A stretch of DNA of 64,000 nucleotides, taken from Escherichia coli (lineage in GTDB: Bacteria > Pseudomonadota > Gammaproteobacteria > Enterobacterales > Enterobacteriaceae). Both the position numbers and the translations under genes were made by a program. The notes below the pieces were generated by a model that saw only the letters and a list, made by a program, of their open reading frames with translations, was not told where the DNA came from and made no database searches. The stretch is taken from NCBI RefSeq assembly GCF_003334815.1, contig NZ_QOWO01000002.1. The stretch is one strand, 5' to 3'. Of this stretch, positions 21,253 to 31,981 are shown in pieces (the first letter of the stretch is position 1; each line of letters begins with the position of its first letter).

Positions 21253-22262
21253 CGCGGCAGTTTTCCGTGGTCGCGTAGCCAGGCGGCAGTTTTCTCGATA
21301 CCTTCATCCAGGGTGATGACCGGCTGATAACCTAACTCTTCCTGCGCACGCGTAATATCCAGCGTAAAGTCAAAATTCAACTTGGAGACGCCGTAGTGGG
21401 TCAGCGGCGGCTCTTTTGCTGACTTGCGGCCTAAACGCTCCATGCTGCGGGCGATCATATCCAGCATCGGGTAGGGGACGGAACGAATACGACAGTCAAT
21501 ATTCAACTCGTCGATCAGCTTCTGCACGATGCTGCGCAGTGTGCGATGCTCGCCGTTGGTGATGTTGTACACACGCCCGGAAGGTAGCTTATCGCAGGCT
21601 TCCTGGCTTGCCAGCCACATTGCGTGCACGGCATTTTCATAGTAGGTCATATCGACCAGCGCACTGCCGCCATGCGGTAACAGAATACTGCCGTAGTGGT
21701 GCATCATATGCGCCAGACGGGGAATAAAGACTTTATCGTGCGGTCCGAACAGACTTTGTGGGCGCAGAATAGTAAAGCGCGTTTGTGGATTCGCCTGCGA
21801 AAGCATATTGATCACTTCTTCGCTGGCTGCTTTGCTGCGGGCAAACTCGTTGGCGAAGCGGTGAGGGCGAAAATCTTCTTTAATATCGCGATGGTGGTGA
21901 TAATCGAAGTACAGGGAGGGGGAAGAGATATGAATAAAGTTACGCACACCCCAGGCGACAGCCCATTCACCCAGGCGGCGAGTGGCGCGAACGTTAGCCA
22001 GATCGAAAGCCTGTTGTGTCCCCCAGGGTGAGGTAAAGCTGGAGCAGTGCCACAGCGTATCAATGCCCGCGAGCATCACTTTAGCTTGTGATGAAACCAG
22101 CTCGGTCAGATCCGCCGGAACAAACTCTGCGCCCATTTTTTCCAGCAATTTGCCCATTGCCTCGTTGCGACCGGTCGCTCGCACGCTGATGCCTTTCTGG
22201 CATAAAAACTCTACCGCGTTTCGACCTAAGCCGCTGGTGGCGCCGGTAACCAGTACCTTCAT
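21249..22262 (-). CDS. ybjS: NAD-dependent epimerase/dehydratase family protein YbjS
   Basis: 337-aa ORF from ATG 22262 ([17 protein letters not shown] Rossmann motif); ORF-track start 22325 is an extension. Confidence 0.85.
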   Translation of the reverse strand: MKVLVTGATSGLGRNAVEFLCQKGISVRATGRNEAMGKLLEKMGAEFVPADLTELVSSQAKVMLAGIDTLWHCSSFTSPWGTQQAFDLANVRATRRLGEWAVAWGVRNFIHISSPSLYFDYHHHRDIKEDFRPHRFANEFARSKAASEEVINMLSQANPQTRFTILRPQSLFGPHDKVFIPRLAHMMHHYGSILLPHGGSALVDMTYYENAVHAMWLASQEACDKLPSGRVYNITNGEHRTLRSIVQKLIDELNIDCRIRSVPYPMLDMIARSMERLGRKSAKEPPLTHYGVSKLNFDFTLDITRAQEELGYQPVITLDEGIEKTAAWLRDHGKLPR

Positions 22263-22360
22263 ATCAATCCACTGTTGTTGAGAAAATAACGTGCGCATTC
22301 TTCCGTGATTTCCCCCATGATGCAATGGGAAACATGAAAGAATAACGCAGGTTTTGTCGA

Positions 22361-23791
22361 TTAATCTGTGCTTTGTTCTGCCAGTCTGGCGATTTGTTTT
22401 GCCATTCCGCGAAAAATAAACAGATGCGCGGGGATCATCAATAACCAGTAAAACAGCCCCGGCATACCGTGCGGATGCCAGAAAGCGCGGACATCGATAG
22501 TACGATAGTCGCCTTTATCTTCCAGGCTAAAACACAGTCGTCCCAGCCCCGGCGCTTTCATGCCAAATAACAACGTAAGTTGTTTTTCCGGTTCAACGAC
22601 AATCACTTTCCAGCTATCCACCGCATCGCCAGTCTGTAAATATTCGCGCTCCGGGCGGCCTTTCGCCAGCTTATGACCGATCGCGCGGTCCATCAACGCC
22701 CGTGTCTGCCACAAAATATTGCCAAAGAAATAACGCTCTTTACCGCCGATTTGGTTCACTACCTGCCATAAAGCAGCAAGGCTGGCGGACGTTTTAACGG
22801 TAAACCCCGCCTGTTTGGCAAAATAACCGTACTCCGGTCGCCAGCGGGCAAAGGCCTGAGCGTCGTAGCCCCAGTCGCTGGAGTTGACCAGTTTTTCCTC
22901 CTCTTTCAACGTGCTACGTACCGCGTCATCGAAAGCGATCAGCCGTTGTGGGATGAGTGCACGTAGCGCGGTATCATCCGCCAGCAGATCGTGTTTCAGC
23001 CCCTGAATCAACGCCCTGGCGGTGGTGGGCGGTACGGAAGTAATCACATTGAGAAACCACACCGAAATCCAGCGGGTGGGGAGGGGGATGGGGATCAACC
23101 AGCGGCGCTTACCGCTCACCGCCATAAAATGTTCAAACTGTTGCTGATAACTGAGCACCTCTGGTCCGGCGGCTTCGAAGATGCGGTGTTCGCTGGCCGG
23201 ATGATCTAACAACGCAACCAGATAGTGCAGCAAGTTTTCCAGCGCAATGGGCGTGGTGCGTGAACGAACCCAGCGCGGAGGCGTTAAGACTGGCAGGTTG
23301 TAGACCATATCGCGCATGACTTCGAACGCCGCGGAACCTGCGCCAACGATAATTCCGGCCCGCAGTTCGGTCACGGGTACATTCGCTTCACGCAGAATGT
23401 CCGCCGTAGCCTGACGAGCACGCAGATGATCCGACTGCTCATGTGGCGGGGCCTGCAACGAACTAAGAAAGATTAATTGCTTAACTGGTACTTCACGTAG
23501 CGCATCGCGGACGTTGAGAGCCACCTGGCGCTCCTGAGCGATAAAATCGCCGCCTTCGCCCATGCTGTGCACCAGAAAATAGACCGTATCGATATCCTGC
23601 AACAGGGCCGGTAGGTTATCCGGCCAGCTGAGATCGACTTTATGGCAACTGACGTTTGCCAGTTGCAGCTTTGCAAGCCTGTCGACATGACGTGCCGCCG
23701 CCAGGATCTGATGCCCTTGCTGGCTGAGTGTGCGCACCAGATGCTGACCAATGTAGCCACTGGCACCGAGAACTAAAATGCGTTGCGGCAC
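22361..23791 (-). CDS. ybjT: NAD(P)-binding protein YbjT
   Basis: GTG start at 23791 giving [19 protein letters not shown]; last gene of poxB-ltaE-ybjT cluster. Confidence 0.85.
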
Positions 23792-23801
23792 GTCTCTCTC
23801 C

Positions 23802-24803
23802 TTAACGCGCCAGGAATGCACGCCAGTGGGCGGCGACTTCCGCCAGTTGTTCGCGCGAGACGTCAAGATGCGTCACCAGGCGGACAATCGGCGAGGCGTT
23901 AATCAGCACGTTTCTCGCTTTCATGTATTCGCCTAACGCGGCAGCATTTTCTTCCCCGACGCGAACAAACAGCATATTGGTGTCCTGACGCATCACATCC
24001 GCGCCTGCTTCACGCAGCTGCTCCGCCATCCAGGCAGCGTTGTCGTGGTCTTCCTGCAAGCGCGCAACGTTATTTTTCAGGGCATATATCCCGGCGGCAG
24101 CCAGAATGCCGGACTGGCGCATCCCGCCACCTGTCATTTTCCGCCAGCGAATGGCACGTTTAATGTAATCACGATTACCGACGAGTAATGAACCGACTGG
24201 CGTCCCAAGACCTTTCGACAGGCAAATGGTGAACGAATCACAATATTGCGTGATCTCTTTCAGTTCGCAGCCGTAAGCCACCACGGCATTAAAGATGCGC
24301 GCACCGTCAACATGCAGCGCCAGATTGCGCTCGCGGGTAAATTCCCATGCTTCTTTCAGGTATTCCCGCGGCAACACTTTGCCGTTGTGGGTGTTTTCCA
24401 GACTGAGTAATTTGGTGCGGGCGAAATGGATATCGTCGGGTTTGATTTTCATCGCCACTTTATCCAGCGGTAGCGTGCCGTCGGCAGCCGCGTCTATGGG
24501 TTGCGGTTGAATACTGCCCAGCACCGCCGCGCCACCGGCTTCAAACAGATAGTTATGCGCGGCCTGACCGACAATATACTCTTCGCCGCGTTCGCAGTGA
24601 CTGAGCAGAGCGACCAGGTTGGCCTGAGTGCCGGTAGGCAGAAAAATGGCGGCTTCTTTACCGGAAAGCTCTGCTGCGTAGTCCTGCAGAGCATTAACGG
24701 TAGGGTCGTCTCCGTAAACGTCGTCCCCAACCGGGGCGGCCATCATCGCTTCGAGCATGGCGCGGCTTGGTCGGGTAACGGTATCACTGCGTAAATCAAT
24801 CAT
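23802..24803 (-). CDS. ltaE: Low-specificity L-threonine aldolase LtaE
   Basis: 333-aa [42 protein letters not shown]... Confidence 0.95.
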   Translation of the reverse strand: MIDLRSDTVTRPSRAMLEAMMAAPVGDDVYGDDPTVNALQDYAAELSGKEAAIFLPTGTQANLVALLSHCERGEEYIVGQAAHNYLFEAGGAAVLGSIQPQPIDAAADGTLPLDKVAMKIKPDDIHFARTKLLSLENTHNGKVLPREYLKEAWEFTRERNLALHVDGARIFNAVVAYGCELKEITQYCDSFTICLSKGLGTPVGSLLVGNRDYIKRAIRWRKMTGGGMRQSGILAAAGIYALKNNVARLQEDHDNAAWMAEQLREAGADVMRQDTNMLFVRVGEENAAALGEYMKARNVLINASPIVRLVTHLDVSREQLAEVAAHWRAFLAR

Positions 24804-24839
24804 GGCATGTCCTTATTATGACGGGAAATGCCACCCTTT

Positions 24840-26558
24840 TTACCTTAGCCAGTTTGTTTTCGCCAGTTCGATCACTTCATCACCGCGTCCGCTGATGATT
24901 GCGCGCAGCATATACAGGCTGAAACCTTTGGCCTGTTCGAGTTTGATCTGCGGTGGAATGGCTAACTCTTCTTTGGCGACCACCACATCCACCAACACCG
25001 GACCGTCGATGGAGAAGGCGCGTTGCAGGGCTTCATCAACTTCAGACGCTTTTTCTACACGGATACCCGTAATGCCGCACGCTTCGGCAATGCGGGCAAA
25101 GTTTGTGTCGTGTAGTTCGGTGCCGTCAGTCAAATAGCCACCAGCTTTCATCTCCATCGCCACAAAGCCCAGCACGCTGTTGTTAAAGACGACAATTTTC
25201 ACTGGCAGTTTCATCTGCACTACTGAGAGGAAATCGCCCATCAACATGCTAAAACCGCCATCGCCGCACATGGCGACCACCTGACGTTCTGGCTCTGTCG
25301 CCTGCGCACCCAGCGCCTGCGGCATGGCGTTAGCCATCGAACCGTGGTTAAACGAACCTAACAGGCGACGCTTGCCGTTCATTTTTAGATAACGTGCCGC
25401 CCACACCGTTGGCGTACCAACGTCACAGGTGAAAATAGCGTCATCGGCGGCAAAATGACTAATTTGCTGCGCCAGATATTGCGGGTGAATGGCTTTCTCG
25501 CTCGGTTTAGCTAAATCGTCCAGCCCTTTGCGGGCGTCGCGGTAATCTTCCAGCGCTTTATCCAGAAACTTGCGATCGGCTTTTTCTTCCACCAATGGAA
25601 GCAATGCACGCAGAGTCGACTTGATATCGCCGACCAGTGCCATATCCACCTTGCTGTGAGCGCCGATGCTGGCTGGGTTGATATCAATCTGAATGATTTT
25701 GGCATCGGTCGGGTAGAAGGCGCGGTAGGGAAATTGCGTGCCGAGTAGCACTAACGTGTCGGCGTTCATCATGGTATGGAAACCTGACGAGAAGCCGATT
25801 AACCCGGTCATTCCAACATCATACGGATTATCGTATTCGACATGTTCTTTACCGCGCAGGGCATGAACAATAGGCGCTTTAATTTTCCCGGCAAACTCAA
25901 CTAACTCTTTATGCGCCCCCGCGCAGCCGCTGCCACACATCAGGGCGATATTGCTGGAATAACGCAGCAGTTGCGCCAGTTTGCGTAACTCTTCTTCTTC
26001 CGGCGTCACGACTGGTTGTGGCGCATGATACCAGTGCATGGTTGCCCCTTCTGGCGCAGGTTTTAACGCCACGTCGCCTGGTAACACGACAACCGAAACG
26101 CCACGGTTAAGCACCGCTTTGCGCATGGCAATCGCCAGTACTTGTGGGATCTGCTCCGGGCTGGAAACCAGCTCGCAATAGTGACTACATTCGCGGAATA
26201 GCTCTTGTGGGTGGGTTTCCTGGAAATAGCCGCTGCCAATTTCGCTGGAGGGAATATGAGCGGCAATCGCCAGTACCGGAACGTGATTGCGGTGGCAATC
26301 GAACAGGCCGTTGATTAAGTGCAGGTTGCCGGGGCCGCACGATCCGGCGCAGACCGCCAGTTCTCCGCTAAGTTGTGCTTCAGCGCCAGCGGCAAAGGCC
26401 GCCACTTCTTCGTGGCGGGTGGACATCCACTCGATGGTGCCCATGCGATTAAGACTGTCACTAAGACCGTTCAGAGAGTCGCCTGTGACTCCCCAGATGC
26501 GTTTCACCCCTGCCGATTCGAGTGTTTTGGCGATATAAGCTGCAACCGTTTGTTTCAT
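24840..26558 (-). CDS. poxB: Pyruvate oxidase (ubiquinone) PoxB
   Basis: 572-aa [35 protein letters not shown]...; TPP enzyme family. Confidence 0.95.
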
Positions 26559-26690
26559 GGTTCTCCATCTCCTGAATGTGATAACGGTAACAAGTTTAGT
26601 TCATCTGACGGAGGGGGAAGGGATGGGAGAGAAAGGAGGCACTAACGGTTAAATAGCCCGATGAAAGGAATATCATCGGGCATAAGGCGA

Positions 26691-27659
26691 TTATGCGAGA
26701 ACCAAATCCCCCTGCGGATGGCAGGAGCAGGCCAGTACGTAACCTTCAGCGATTTCGGCGTCGGTCAGCGTCATTGTGCTGCTCACCGTATATTCACCGG
26801 AAACCACTTTTGTCTTACAGCAGCCGCAAACACCCGCACGGCAGGCAGCGACAACCGGAACGTTATTGCTTTCCAGCGCCTCCAGTAGCGTGGTGCCAAC
26901 CGGGGCGTAAAATTCTCGTGCCGGTTGCAGTTTGGTGAATTTCAGACCGCTGGTCGCCGCTTCTGCTACTGGGGTGAAGAATTTCTCTTTAAAGAAACGC
27001 GTCACGCCGAGCGCTTTCACTTCCTGCTCTACCCAATCCATATACGGAGCCGGGCCGCAGGTCATCACGGTACGTGAAGCTAAGTCAGGTACACCTGCCA
27101 GCAGTTCGCGAGTGAGACGACCAGCGATAAAGCCTTCGGTAACGTTATTTTCTGCCACCAGCGTTACCGGATAGTTACGCCACTCATCGGCGAAAATAAC
27201 ATCCTGCGGCGTACGCACGTTGTAGATCACCCGCACATCGGCCTGTGGACGGTTCTTCGCAAGCCAGCGACGCATCGACATAATCGGCGTGACGCCGCAG
27301 CCTGCCGCCAGCAACAGGAATTTATCTTCTGCTTTATCGTCGCAGGTAAATTCCCCCATCGCGTCCGAAAGCCAGAGATAATCACCGCGTTTTACATCGC
27401 GCGTCAGCCACTGGGAGCCGACACCGTCATCAATCCGCCGCACGGTCAGGGTGATATATTCACTCACGCCTGGCGTGGAGGAAATGGTGTAAGCACGCAG
27501 CGTTTCCGCTGAGTTTCGCACGCTGACCAGTGCATATTGCCCGGCGCGATATGGGTAGTAATCGTGGCAAATCAGGGAAATCGTCCACACATCCGGCGTT
27601 TCTTGCGTAATGTGATGAACCTGCATCCGCCACGGGCATTGATTCGTTGGCATCGTCAT
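26691..27659 (-). CDS. hcr: NADH oxidoreductase Hcr (hybrid-cluster protein reductase)
   Basis: ORF from ATG 27659 (MTMPTNQCPW...); C-terminal 2Fe-2S Cys cluster. Confidence 0.9.
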   Translation of the reverse strand: MTMPTNQCPWRMQVHHITQETPDVWTISLICHDYYPYRAGQYALVSVRNSAETLRAYTISSTPGVSEYITLTVRRIDDGVGSQWLTRDVKRGDYLWLSDAMGEFTCDDKAEDKFLLLAAGCGVTPIMSMRRWLAKNRPQADVRVIYNVRTPQDVIFADEWRNYPVTLVAENNVTEGFIAGRLTRELLAGVPDLASRTVMTCGPAPYMDWVEQEVKALGVTRFFKEKFFTPVAEAATSGLKFTKLQPAREFYAPVGTTLLEALESNNVPVVAACRAGVCGCCKTKVVSGEYTVSSTMTLTDAEIAEGYVLACSCHPQGDLVLA

Positions 27660-27670
27660 CGACAAACTCC

Positions 27671-29323
27671 TTACGCGCTCAACAGTTGCTTCATGTCTTC
27701 TTCAACAGTGGTGATAGAACGCAGGCCGAATTTCTCGTTCAGCACCGCCAGCAGGTCTGGTGTCAGGAAACCAGGTGCAGTCGGGCCGGTGACGATATTT
27801 TTCACGCCCAGAGAAAGCAGCGTCAGCAGAATGACGATCGCTTTCTGTTCAAACCAGGAGAGCACCAGCGACAGCGGCAGATCGTTGACACCGCAGCCCA
27901 GTTTCTCTGCCAGAGTGACAGCCAGAATAATCGCTGAGTAAGCATCGTTACATTGACCTGCATCTACCAGACGCGGCAGACCTTCGATATCGCCAAACTC
28001 AAGTTTGTTAAAGCGATATTTACCACAGGCGAGGGTCAGGATCAGGCAGTCATCCGGCACGCTGGTGGCGAAATCGGTGAAGTAGTGGCGCTCGCCGCGT
28101 GCGCCGTCACAGCCACCAAGCAGGAAGATATGACGCAGTTTTTCACGGCTCACCAGATCAATCAGCGTATCAGCAGCGCCAAGCAGCGTCTGGCGACCAA
28201 AACCCACGGTGATAAGGTGCGGAATTTCGCTGTACGGGAAGCCTGCCATCTGTTGCGCCTGGGTGATAACCGCAGAGAAATCATCACCGTCCAGATGACG
28301 CACGCCAGGCCAGCCAACAATGCTGCGGGTCCAGATACGATCGTCATAAGCGCCTACGGTTGGGTCGATGATGCAGTTCGAGGTCATCACGATGGGGCCA
28401 GGGAAACGAGCGAACTCCACTTGCTGATTCTGCCAGCCGCTGCCGTAGTTACCGACCAGATGCTTGAATTTACGCAGCTCCGGGTAGCCATGCGCAGGCA
28501 GCATTTCGCCGTGGGTGTAGACATTAACGCCCGTGCCTTCGGTCTGTTCCAGCAGGTTGTAGAGATCTTTGAGATCGTGACCGGAAATCAGAATGCATTT
28601 ACCCGCCGTCGCTTTGACGTTGACCTGGGTTGGCGTCGGGTGACCGTATTTACCGGTTTCGCCTGCATCCAGAATGCTCATCACTTTGAAGTTCATCTGG
28701 CCGATTTCCATTGAACACTCAAGAAGCGCGTTCATATCGGCAGGCCAGGTCCCCAGCCACGCCATGATTTTATGGTACTGGGCATAAATATCGTTGTCGT
28801 ATTGACCGAGAACATGCGCGTGTTCCATATAGGCCGCCGCACCTTTCAGGCCATACAGGCACAGCAGACGCAGGCCGAGAATGTTTTCGCCAATCGCCGC
28901 TTTATCTTTGTTAGGGGTAAATTCTGCTGCCTGACGTTGCAGCTCGCCGAGATCGTCGCTCACCAGTTGCAGGTCAGCCATCGGGTTATCGACGCGCGCG
29001 TTGGCATCTACAGCCAGGCATTGCGCTTTCAGCGCCTCGCGCAGGGCAATCGCTTCACGAGCGTAGCCGACAATACGCGGAGAATCGAAGTTAACGTTGG
29101 TCAGGGTTGAGAAAAAGGCACGTGGCGCGAAGCTGTCAACATCGTGGTTGATGATGCCGTATTCACGCGCTTTTACCGCCCAGGCAGAAAGCCCTTGCAG
29201 CGCCGCGATGAGTAAATCCTGAAGGTCAGAAGTTTCCGCCGTTTTACCACACATCCCCTGCGCGTATGAGCAGCCGTTTCCTGCCGGAGTACGGATAGTT
29301 TGTTCACATTGCACACAAAACAT
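27671..29323 (-). CDS. hcp: Hybrid-cluster protein Hcp (hydroxylamine reductase/NO detox)
   Basis: ORF from ATG 29323 ([29 protein letters not shown]-terminal Cys motif). Confidence 0.95.
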
Positions 29324-29466
29324 GATCACACCTTTTAAAGTTATATTTAATATACATGTTTAAGGTTAAGACGCTTAACGCGGGGATAAAAGGGATTTTT
29401 CATGCAACTTTAAGGGAGATTGATTTAGCGCAATTTTGGCGGCAGGGATCTACCGCCAGAGAGGTA

Positions 29467-30366
29467 TTACGCAGAGAAAAAGGCGATGAGGATCGGCACT
29501 AACAGGCTAAGAATAAAACCGTGAACAATTGCCGCCGGGACCATATCCAGCCCGCCAGTACGTTGAAGAACGGGCAGGGTGAAATCCATTGATGTGGCAC
29601 CGCATAAGCCCAGTGCAGTAGAGCGGCTGCGGCGAATCAGCCCAGGGATCAACATAATAGCAATCAGTTCACGGGCCAGATCATTAAAAAACGCCGCGCT
29701 CCCGATTACCGGACCAAAAGATTCGGTCAATAAAATACCGGAAAGAGAATACCAGCCGAAACCGGAGGCCATTGCCAGCGCGGTATTGATGGGGAGATCA
29801 AGAATAAAGGCGTTAATTAAACCACCAATTAATGAACTGACAACCACCACCACGGCGACAATCATTCCCCGGCGATTAAGGACAATCTGCTTTAAGGTCA
29901 TGCCATTATTGCGCAACTGAATACCAACGAGGAAAAGTAGCAAAATTAACGTGTATTCACTGGCTTCGGTCGCGTGTTGTAAGAAAGCCAGTCCACTTAG
30001 ACCAATGGCAAAACCAATCACTACTACGCCGCACAGTTTTAGCGACTCCAGCGCCATCGCAATACGCGACGGGAGTTTTTCTTGCTGATGGTGGTTGCGC
30101 CACGGCAGGCCTCGCTCCAGCCACATCAGGGCGGCAATATTACACAGTAAAATAACGGTAATACTGACGGCAGAATAATGCAGAATCGCCAACAGGTTAC
30201 TGGCGAGGTTATCGAGAAACGCCAGACTGATACCCATAAAAAAGAGAATAAGGTAAACCATCCAGCTTAATAGCTGATTAATAACTTTTAACGCAGCTTG
30301 TTGGCGAAGCGGAATGAGGTAACCCACAATCAGGGGAACCAGAATGATTAACAGCCCAGAAAACAT
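29467..30366 (-). CDS. lysO: Lysine exporter LysO (YbjE)
   Basis: 299-aa membrane ORF from ATG 30366 (MFSGLLIILVPLIVGYL...); ORF-track start 30414 is an extension. Confidence 0.9.
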   Translation of the reverse strand: MFSGLLIILVPLIVGYLIPLRQQAALKVINQLLSWMVYLILFFMGISLAFLDNLASNLLAILHYSAVSITVILLCNIAALMWLERGLPWRNHHQQEKLPSRIAMALESLKLCGVVVIGFAIGLSGLAFLQHATEASEYTLILLLFLVGIQLRNNGMTLKQIVLNRRGMIVAVVVVVSSLIGGLINAFILDLPINTALAMASGFGWYSLSGILLTESFGPVIGSAAFFNDLARELIAIMLIPGLIRRSRSTALGLCGATSMDFTLPVLQRTGGLDMVPAAIVHGFILSLLVPILIAFFSA

Positions 30367-30539
30367 GAAAACCCAGTCCTTGCAAAGATGAAGTCGAAAT
30401 GCGCGATGACACACTACTGAAAGCGGAAGGACGAGTAAAGTTGCAATTAAAAGGAAATGTTATGCATAAGGAGCAGTAGAGTATTCGTTTTCATTTAAAG
30501 ATATTCTTGCGCTTTAATTACAAACTGCACCGATGTTGG

Positions 30540-30760
30540 TGGCGTCAAAATCGCCGAGGCGTTCCCTGAAGGCCGGGGCAGCCCACATGGATGTGGGCTG
30601 AGGGCGCGTTTTACAGGGATGTTACCTCGCGCCCGACCCGGTAGCCGTAAGGGATAAGTCGAGGGCACCGCGCAGCGGCGATTTTGTTCGCCAGAGCCCG
30701 GGGGTGCAGGGGGCGGCGGCGATTGGCCGCCCCCTGCGCGCTCCTTGCGCCAGTGGCAAT
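30540..30760. other. GC-rich hairpin-dense element in lysO-aqpZ intergenic region (possible structured leader or boxC-like repeat)
   Basis: Perfect 12-bp inverted repeat GCAGGGGGCGGC/GCCGCCCCCTGC (30706-30737), palindrome CAGCCCACAT/ATGTGGGCTG (30579-30600), stem GGGCGCG/CGCGCCC (30602-30634); sharply higher GC than flanks. Confidence 0.4.
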
Positions 30761-30820
30761 ATGTTGCTTAGCTCATGAAAGGAGCGCAACAAGATGATGA
30801 ATCAACATATAACAACATCT

Positions 30821-30850
30821 TAAAAAAAGGCCTGACATTACGCCAGGCCT
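30821..30850 (-). terminator. Intrinsic terminator of aqpZ
   Basis: On minus strand hairpin AGGCCTGGCG...CAGGCCT followed by TTTTTTTA. Confidence 0.65.
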
Positions 30851-30860
30851 TCTGCGTTAA

Positions 30861-31556
30861 TTAATCACGCTTTTCCAGCAGGGTCCGGTAAATCAGACCA
30901 CCGATAATGCCGCCGACAATTGGCACCACCCAGAAGAACCACAGTTGTTCTAATGCCCAGCCGCCCTGGAAGATAGCAACCGCGGTGCTGCGCGCCGGGT
31001 TAACAGAAGTGTTAGTCACCGGAATACTAATTAAGTGAATCAGGGTTAAGGCCAGACCAATAGCGATCGGCGCAAAACCTGCCGGCGCGAATTTGTCGGT
31101 TGCGCCGTGGATCACCAACAGGAAACCTGCACTCAATACCAGTTCAACTACCAGCGCGGAAAGCATGGAATAACCGCCTGGTGAATGCTCGCCATAACCG
31201 TTAGAAGCAAAACCGCTGGCTGCCGCGTCAAAACCCGTTTTACCACTGGCAATTAAATACAGCAGCGCCGCTGCAACAATACCGCCGACAACCTGGGCAA
31301 TTACGTAGCCAACGACTTCTTTTGCCGGAAAACGTCCGCCAGCCCATAAACCAATAGTGACCGCCGGGTTAAAATGACCACCAGAAATATGACCAACAGC
31401 AAAGGCCATCGTCAGAACGGTCAGACCGAACGCCAACGCCACGCCGGCAAAACCAATGCCTAATTCCGGGAAGCCTGCGGCCAGTACAGCACTACCACAG
31501 CCACCAAAAACAAGCCAGAAAGTACCAAAACATTCAGCTGCTAATTTTCTGAACAT
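30861..31556 (-). CDS. aqpZ: Aquaporin Z
   Basis: 231-aa ORF from ATG 31556 ([19 protein letters not shown]...); two NPA motifs ([14 protein letters not shown]). Confidence 0.95.
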   Translation of the reverse strand: MFRKLAAECFGTFWLVFGGCGSAVLAAGFPELGIGFAGVALAFGLTVLTMAFAVGHISGGHFNPAVTIGLWAGGRFPAKEVVGYVIAQVVGGIVAAALLYLIASGKTGFDAAASGFASNGYGEHSPGGYSMLSALVVELVLSAGFLLVIHGATDKFAPAGFAPIAIGLALTLIHLISIPVTNTSVNPARSTAVAIFQGGWALEQLWFFWVVPIVGGIIGGLIYRTLLEKRD

Positions 31557-31981
31557 ATCCACCTCAATTAAAAATTGACCCTGTGAAAAATATGGTCGTT
31601 TTATAGGGTCGTCGTAAAAAAGTGACGACGGAAATAATGCGCGGCTATTTTAAAAACGAAGGCGAGTCATTCACCAGATAAATAAATCCAGTAAATTTGA
31701 TTTAGGGCAACAGCGGGTTGCCCCATATAGTCATTTGTCTGATTGACAGTGTAGTGCACGCAAAAGATTTAATCCTTTAGGCGTAATAAAAAATAATTTA
31801 TCATGCTAATTATTTGATTTTGTTGTTTTTGCAGACTTATCAGCAAGAGGGAGTATAACGCGATTATTCGCTCATTTTTCAGACATTTGCCATGCTTAAA
31901 TGTGATGTCATCACGTATTAGCAAGGCCTTTCCCGTTATACTGCCAGCGTAAAGGATAAGTCACATATTTCTGGAGGGGAT

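Noticed and set aside
27953-28714. 253-aa plus-strand ORF inside hcp
   Set aside because: Antisense to hcp; no start context; hcp frame is strongly supported.
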